From a virus (Duplodnaviria > Caudoviricetes): a stretch of DNA of 40,776 nucleotides. Position numbers and translations under genes: made by a program. The notes beneath the pieces are model-generated. The model saw only the letters and a program-made list of their open reading frames with translations, had not been told where the DNA came from and made no database searches. The DNA is taken from positions 1 to 40,776 of the IMG/VR virus record IMGVR_UViG_3300037755_000375; one strand, given 5' to 3'. Shown piece after piece: positions 35,129 to 40,776 of this stretch (within the stretch, counting starts at the first letter, position 1; each line of letters opens with the position of its first letter).

Positions 35129-36358
35129 ATGAAGATCACCAAGCTCGACGTGAAGAACGTCATGCGCATCGAGGCCCTGAGCATCGCGCCGAACGGCGAG
35201 TCCGTTGTCATCGGCGGCGAGAACGGCGCTGGAAAGTCCAGCGTCCTCAACGCGATCCAGATGGCCTTCGGCGGCGGACGCGCCAGCGCCGCTGAGCCCA
35301 TGCGGAAAGGGGCCAAGTCGGCGCAGATCGTGTGCGAGACCGAGACGTACATCGTGACCCGCCGCTGGACCAAGTCCGGCAACACGACGCTGGAGGTCGT
35401 GGCGAAGGACGGGTCGAAGATCAAGAAGCCGCAGGAGCTGCTGGACTCGCTGTTCGGCTCGCTGACGTTTGACCCGCTCGCGTTCGCGCGGATGGACGCC
35501 CGCGGGCAGCGCGAGGCTCTAATGCGCCTCGTCGGGCTCGACTTCGCCGCCGAGGACGCCAAGCGCTCGGTGCTGTTCGATCGGCGCACCGACGTCAACC
35601 GCGAGGTCAAGCGGCTCACCGGCGCGCTGGACAAGGCTCCGCAGGCGCCGCCCGGCACCCCCGACAGCGAGGTATCGGTGGCCGACCTCAGCACGCAGCT
35701 CGTGCAGGCACAGGAGGCCAACGCCGCGCTCGCCCGTGGGCGTGCCGACCTCGAAGCCAAGCGGGCCCGCGCGAGTAAGATCAAGGCCGACATCGCCGCG
35801 CTGACGGCTGAGCTCGCGACGATCACCGCGGAGGGCAAAGGCCTCGCCGCCCAGCTGGAGGGGGCCGTCGAGGTTGACCTCGACCCGATCCGGAAGCGGA
35901 TCACCAACGCCGACGACATCAACCGCAGCGTCCGCGCCAAGGCCCAGCGCGCGACGATCGCCGCCCAGCTCAACGAGGTAGCCGCACAGGCCGAGGCCAT
36001 CACCGGCGAGATCGAGGCGATCGATCAGTCGAAGGCCGCCGCCGCCGCTGCCGCGAAGTACCCGGTCGCCGGTCTGGAGGTCACCGACGACGGCGTGCGC
36101 CTCGCCGGGGTGCCGTTTGCTCAGGCGTCGCAGGCCGAGCAGCTTCGCGCCTCGGTGGCGATCGGCGCCGCCGCGTCGCCCGAGCTGCGCGTGATGCTGG
36201 TGCGCGACGGGGCGCTTCTGGACGCGTCCTCGATGGCTCTGCTGGCCGAGATCGCCGCCGAGCACGACATCCAGACGTGGACCGAGGTTGTCGGGAACCG
36301 CGACGAGTGCACGCTGATCATCGCAGACGGCCACGTGGCCGAGGTCGTGGGGGCCTGA
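35129..36358 (+). CDS. SMC/Rad50-like ATPase
   Basis: Walker A GENGAGKSS, coiled coil, ASQAEQ signature, VMLVRDG Walker B. Confidence 0.85.
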   Translation: MKITKLDVKNVMRIEALSIAPNGESVVIGGENGAGKSSVLNAIQMAFGGGRASAAEPMRKGAKSAQIVCETETYIVTRRWTKSGNTTLEVVAKDGSKIKKPQELLDSLFGSLTFDPLAFARMDARGQREALMRLVGLDFAAEDAKRSVLFDRRTDVNREVKRLTGALDKAPQAPPGTPDSEVSVADLSTQLVQAQEANAALARGRADLEAKRARASKIKADIAALTAELATITAEGKGLAAQLEGAVEVDLDPIRKRITNADDINRSVRAKAQRATIAAQLNEVAAQAEAITGEIEAIDQSKAAAAAAAKYPVAGLEVTDDGVRLAGVPFAQASQAEQLRASVAIGAAASPELRVMLVRDGALLDASSMALLAEIAAEHDIQTWTEVVGNRDECTLIIADGHVAEVVGA

Positions 36359-36376
36359 TTGGCTAACGGCGCCGTC

Positions 36377-36672
36377 ATGTCCGACCGCGAGCACGTCCTC
36401 GTGGACAACGACCTCAGCGGAGAGGCGACGGTCTACGTCGGCGCGGACAAGGGCCGCGACCGGTGGGGGTACGAGTGCGACGCCTACACCGTAGCGCGCA
36501 GATCGACCTGGAAGACGCGCGCCACATCGCGGCGCTGTTCCTGCGGCGCGCCAAGACCGTCGCCGGGATACTGACGATGGGGCTGCGCGAAGCGGCCAAC
36601 CGCGGGTGCCCGCAGGGGCTACAAGAGGCGCTGGCCGTGCTGATCGACCGGTTTGCTGAGGCCGGGCGATGA
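36377..36672 (+). CDS. Hypothetical protein, probably frameshifted near 36490
   Basis: MSDREHVLVD... and AQIDLEDARHIAALF... are coding-like in two different frames. Confidence 0.4.
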
Positions 36673-36749
36673 CCGTTGACCCGCGGCGATGATAGGGGGA
36701 TTCGTGCGCGATTCGTGCGCGCAGAGGCCCCAAACGTGCGCGGTCAACC

Positions 36750-37331
36750 GTGGCCCAGCAGGTCGACACCGCCAAGCTCGCCAAGGCCGTCAAGGCAGCC
36801 GCGCGCAGTGGATCCGCCGCTCCGGCCGTCCTCGCCGCCGAAATGGGCGTGCCCAAATCGAGCGTGCGCCGGCTGGCCAAGCATCCCGAGGTGATCGACG
36901 CCGCCAAGCGAGGCACCAAGGCCAACGTCACCGGGGCGGTGCGAGCGGCTGCGAAAGCCGCTGAGCGCGAGGCCCTGTCGGTCGCGACCGCGGCGATCGC
37001 CGTGGCCGACGAGGACGCCGCCGCTGCACGCCTACGATCCCAACTGATCGCTGCCGCCGAGGCCTGGCTCGCGACGCCCGCCGAGGAACGCGAGTGGGAG
37101 AAGGTGTTCGGCGGGGGGCGCCGGATGCCTGAGCACATCCGCCGGGGGCTCGATTTCGCGCGCGACCGCGGCAAGGGGCACGACGCACGCCGGGCCATCG
37201 AGCGGCGCGCGGAGCTGGAGCGCGAAGCCGAGGCGAAGCCGGCCACGCAGATCCCCACCGGCACCGTGCGGATCATCCGCGTCGCGCGGCCTCACCTGCG
37301 CGTCGTCGATGACAAGGCCGACTCCGCGTGA
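36750..37331 (+). CDS. terS: Terminase small subunit (putative)
   Basis: HTH-like LAAEMGVPKSSVRRL; GTGA-coupled to terL. Confidence 0.6.
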   Translation: MAQQVDTAKLAKAVKAAARSGSAAPAVLAAEMGVPKSSVRRLAKHPEVIDAAKRGTKANVTGAVRAAAKAAEREALSVATAAIAVADEDAAAARLRSQLIAAAEAWLATPAEEREWEKVFGGGRRMPEHIRRGLDFARDRGKGHDARRAIERRAELEREAEAKPATQIPTGTVRIIRVARPHLRVVDDKADSA

Positions 37332-38947
37332 CTGCCGCCCCCGCACACGAGTTCCACGCGTCGGAGGTCTGGACCCCGGATCTGCTGGCTGATCACGGCT
37401 GGGTGCCAGGCGAGTGGGGCTGCGTGATCCCATGGGACACAGACCCCGCGGTGAAGCCCACCGAGATCCAGTCGGCCGCGATCGAGAGCGACCGCCTGAA
37501 CGTCATGCTCCGCGGCGGTACCGGCACCGGGAAGACCCGGACGATGACGTACATGTTCGGAAACGGCGTCCTGGAGAACGGGCCCGCTGTCGAGCACGGG
37601 CTGATCGGGCGCACCTTTCGGCAGATGAAGGGGCCGCTGCTTCGCGCCATCAAGGACACACTGCGCCGCGCCATGTGGGTCAACCCCGATGGCGAGGTCT
37701 CGCCGTTCGTCCAGGGCAACCCCACCAGCCGCCGCGTCCGCGACGAGACGCCCGATTGGGAGTGGCACGCGGGCGACATGATGCTCCACGTCAAGCTGCG
37801 CGGGTGCTTCGGTGCGGACTACCCGATGATCCGCCTGGAGTCGGCCGACGAGAACCGGCTGACCTCCTACGAGTGGGCAACGGTCGGCGCCGACGAGCTC
37901 GCGCGCTGGAGGCGGTCGGCCTACGACGCCTCGCTCGGACGCTGGCGCGGGAACGGCCCGTACCCGCGCTACATCGGCAGCACGACACCCAACGGGCTCA
38001 ACTGGTACTACGACCTCTTCAACGCCACGCAGGGCGACATCGATTGGACGTGGGTGCGACAGAGCGCCTACGAGGCACACTGGGCCCCCGAGCACTCGAT
38101 CCGCCTGCGCGCGAAGCTTTACAGCGAGGCGCTGGCCGCGCAGGAGCTGGCCGGAGAGTTCTTGATGGTCGGCGAGGGCCTGGCGTTCCCCAAGTGGAGC
38201 GACGCGAACCTCCTGCACCGCGAGGACCCGCGCGCCGACTGGAAGCACGTCCGCGAGCTGTTCGTCTCGATCGACTGGGGGGGCACCAACTTCGCCCAGG
38301 CGATCAGCAACTTTTTGTACGGCATGTCGCAGGACGAGAACAAGCGCGTCGTGCGCAAGGCCTACTTCCGCGACCACGGGTCGGCGGTCGCCGATTACGC
38401 GCGCGCGTTCATCCGCGACTTCAGGCACCGGATCTTCGACGACGAGGGCGGACAGATCCGCGAAGTCGTCATCGATGGCGATCCGCAGTGCGAGGGGGAG
38501 ACCGGCCACGGCAAGACGCTGCTGTCGCTCTACACCGACGAGCTCGACGCGGCCGGGATAACATGGAGCCACCGACTCATGCGCCGAAAGACGCAGATCG
38601 ACGGCAAATGGAAGTGGGTCGCCAATCCGCCAGACCCGCGCAATCGCCTGGAGTGGATGGCGACGATGATCGAGAAGGGGCGCCTCCTGGTGATCGCCTG
38701 CGAGGACACCGAGCCGTTGTTGCGCGACATCGTGCAGGCCACGTACGGGGCCGATGGGCGCAAGCTGGACAAGGGCGAGGATCAGCGGCTGGGGCACCTG
38801 GTTGACGGCCTGTCATACTCGTTGTTCGGACAGCACGCACGCCCGCCAGCGCGCACCAGCATTCCGGCTCCGGTCTCTCACCCCTCGACGCGCGTGTGGC
38901 GCGATGACGAGCAGGGGAAGAAACGCAAGGGCCGCGTGTGGAGGTAG
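37328..38947 (+). CDS. terL: Terminase large subunit
   Basis: Walker A GGTGTGKT, Walker B TVGADE, STTPNG, QELAGEF, nuclease VSIDWG and HLVDGLSY. Confidence 0.92.
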   Translation: MTAAPAHEFHASEVWTPDLLADHGWVPGEWGCVIPWDTDPAVKPTEIQSAAIESDRLNVMLRGGTGTGKTRTMTYMFGNGVLENGPAVEHGLIGRTFRQMKGPLLRAIKDTLRRAMWVNPDGEVSPFVQGNPTSRRVRDETPDWEWHAGDMMLHVKLRGCFGADYPMIRLESADENRLTSYEWATVGADELARWRRSAYDASLGRWRGNGPYPRYIGSTTPNGLNWYYDLFNATQGDIDWTWVRQSAYEAHWAPEHSIRLRAKLYSEALAAQELAGEFLMVGEGLAFPKWSDANLLHREDPRADWKHVRELFVSIDWGGTNFAQAISNFLYGMSQDENKRVVRKAYFRDHGSAVADYARAFIRDFRHRIFDDEGGQIREVVIDGDPQCEGETGHGKTLLSLYTDELDAAGITWSHRLMRRKTQIDGKWKWVANPPDPRNRLEWMATMIEKGRLLVIACEDTEPLLRDIVQATYGADGRKLDKGEDQRLGHLVDGLSYSLFGQHARPPARTSIPAPVSHPSTRVWRDDEQGKKRKGRVWR

Positions 38948-38951
38948 CGCG

Positions 38952-39284
38952 ATGCTCGTTCAGCCACTGCCCAGCAGCGGAATCCCGCGCAAGCCACTCG
39001 CCTCGCAGGACACCGGCGACACCGCGTCGGTGAGCGTCACCGCCGGGGCGGGCGAGTACGTATGGGGCGTGATGATCAAGGCCAAGAGCGCCGCGGCCGG
39101 CGCGGTGCTGACCGTCACCGACGAGTCGGGCACCGAGGACTACGCGCTCAACAGCGGCGACCGGCTGTCGCTGCCGGGCATGTGGATCGGCGCGCCGGCG
39201 GGCGCGGTCTCGGCCACGTTCGTGGGCGGCGGCTCCGGGGCCTGGGTGAAGTTGTACTACCACAAGATCCCGATCCAGCCGTAG
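38952..39284 (+). CDS. Small beta-rich virion protein (putative)
   Basis: ATG 38952 after GGAGGT. Confidence 0.6.
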   Translation: MLVQPLPSSGIPRKPLASQDTGDTASVSVTAGAGEYVWGVMIKAKSAAAGAVLTVTDESGTEDYALNSGDRLSLPGMWIGAPAGAVSATFVGGGSGAWVKLYYHKIPIQP

Positions 39285-39302
39285 TCAGCGGGAGCGCGTG
39301 CG

Positions 39303-40190
39303 ATGATCTACACCGGCGGCCTGATGCAGGCCAACCCGCTCGACGACGCCTTCGGCAGCGACGTGGACCGCACGACGGGTGCGAGCGCGTACACGCACAC
39401 GCCGGACGCGGCGGACTTCAGCGGCTTCACGCTCGACAACGCGACTCAGACGTTCAGCGCGGCGGCGCAGGCGGTGACGAGCTTCGCGCAGTGGCGCATC
39501 GGCGTGACCGACCTCGTGGTCGGGGCGGACGTGGTGCTCGCCGACCTGTACTCGCTGTTCGTCGAGGCGCCGACCGCGTCGGGCGACGGCGATGTAACGA
39601 ACATCTGGGCGGCGGGCTTCGGCGGCGCGGTGTACTTCGGCGGCGCGGTGTCTGGCGGCACTGTCACCAAGTCGTTCCTGATTCCCTCGAGCATGTTCGC
39701 GGGAGCGGTGACGAATCCGGCAGACGGGCCGGTACAGGTCGAGTACGGCACGAACGACGTCGACATGTGGTTCATGGACTTCCACGACGACGTTGTCTCC
39801 GCGACCGACCCGATTGCGAAGTGTCGCCCGATCCCGCTGCCAGACGGCATCAGTGGCACCACGGTGTCGGTGCGTGCGATCTGGACCGACAAGAACGGTG
39901 ACGGTGCGGCTGCGACTGAGACGATCGAACTCGAATGCTCGATGCTCGTGCTGGGCAACGACAGCGCCATCGACGCCGCCTACGGGACCGCGGTGCCGAT
40001 CACGGACGCACTGATCGCCAACGACGATCTGCAAACCTCCGCGGCGGCGATAGTGACGCCTGCTGGCACGCTCGCGGGTGGGTCGCTGCTGCTGGTGACG
40101 CTGGCGCGGGACGTGTCTGCGGACACCCTCGTTGGGTTCTGCCGGTTCGCCGGGCTGATCGTGGAATACACCTCGACGCTGGGGGACTAG
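39303..40190 (+). CDS. Putative fibre/appendage structural protein
   Basis: 295 aa Thr/Ala/Asp-rich beta protein; C-terminal jelly-roll-like segment. Confidence 0.55.
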   Translation: MIYTGGLMQANPLDDAFGSDVDRTTGASAYTHTPDAADFSGFTLDNATQTFSAAAQAVTSFAQWRIGVTDLVVGADVVLADLYSLFVEAPTASGDGDVTNIWAAGFGGAVYFGGAVSGGTVTKSFLIPSSMFAGAVTNPADGPVQVEYGTNDVDMWFMDFHDDVVSATDPIAKCRPIPLPDGISGTTVSVRAIWTDKNGDGAAATETIELECSMLVLGNDSAIDAAYGTAVPITDALIANDDLQTSAAAIVTPAGTLAGGSLLLVTLARDVSADTLVGFCRFAGLIVEYTSTLGD

Positions 40191-40191
40191 C

Positions 40192-40578
40192 GTGCCCGAC
40201 ACCTGGCCCCGCACCTACGTTGTCGTCGCTCACCGCGGTCTCACGCGGTCGGGCGAGGTGGCGAAGCGTCCGTGCGGCACCATCGTCAACCTGTGGCGCG
40301 AGTCGCTCTACGAGCGCATGTACGCCGCTGGCACGGAAGAGGCGGACAGCAACACCGCCTCCTGTGCGTGGGTGCAGCGGATCGCGGTGGCGTCGGTCGA
40401 GGACCGTGACGCGCTGCGCGAAGCCATCGGCGCGAAGACCGCGACCATCAGCCTCGACGGCATTGACGCGGAGACAAAGGCCACGCTCCAGCAGCGGGTG
40501 CCGTTCATCAATCGCAGCCGAACCGATGGGCGCGTGCGGACGGCGAAGGGCGACCTGTCGCTCGGGGGTGGCCGGTAA
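40192..40578 (+). CDS. Hypothetical protein
   Basis: 128 aa; TAATG coupling to next gene. Confidence 0.6.
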   Translation: MPDTWPRTYVVVAHRGLTRSGEVAKRPCGTIVNLWRESLYERMYAAGTEEADSNTASCAWVQRIAVASVEDRDALREAIGAKTATISLDGIDAETKATLQQRVPFINRSRTDGRVRTAKGDLSLGGGR

Positions 40579-40776
40579 TGCCGACGATCAACGAGAGCAC
40601 GATTCTGGCGTCAGGCGGCGACTACACGACCCTCGCGCTGTGGGAGGCCGACACCGACAACGATCTGGTCGCGGCAGACGTGCAGGAAGTGGCGCTGCTG
40701 GGGCGCAACACCGTCGAGATAGTGACGATCACTGGTGCGGTGACCGACGCCACTCGCAACCGCGTGGTCAAGTCGT
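40578..40776 (+). CDS. 5' part of the gene continuing at 1-1482
   Basis: MPTINESTILASGGDYTTLALWEADTDNDL; (40650-40578) is divisible by 3. Confidence 0.85.
   Translation, partial: MPTINESTILASGGDYTTLALWEADTDNDLVAADVQEVALLGRNTVEIVTITGAVTDATRNRVVKS

Noticed and set aside
35519-38797. Long minus-strand ORFs (585 and 501 aa) and similar antisense ORFs elsewhere
   Set aside because: Antisense shadows of well-supported genes in high-GC DNA
40650-40776. 127-bp terminal repeat as a biological DTR
   Set aside because: Length equals a common assembler k-mer and it falls mid-gene; it indicates circular assembly only

Overview
The window is a complete, circularly assembled temperate tailed-phage genome of 40,649 bp; bases 40650-40776 repeat bases 1-127 exactly, and the sequence is GC-rich. 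It has Mu-like head genes (portal, gpF, protease/scaffold, decoration protein, gpT-like capsid, gpG-like protein) but no Mu transposase. It also has a divergent tail module with only a very short tape-measure candidate, a holin/lipoprotein pair with no recognisable endolysin, a replication/recombination block (RuvC, initiator with iterons, PD-(D/E)XK exonuclease, SMC-like ATPase), a tRNA-Met(CAT), terminase genes, and an attP carrying the 3' half of tRNA-Val(CAC). The tyrosine integrase is split by a 1,665-bp non-autonomous IS1-family element with 19-bp terminal inverted repeats and an 8-bp target duplication. Its transposase is deleted in frame to 54 aa, and it carries two passenger genes headed by a 72-nt tmRNA-like/tRNA-like RNA with alanine identity. 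Other oddities are a second tRNA mini-helix mimic, a long rod-like RNA candidate, and a recurring promoter-like motif (TTGACS-N6/7-NANNNT) about one helical turn shorter than canonical. All protein assignments come from motif recognition by eye, not database searches.
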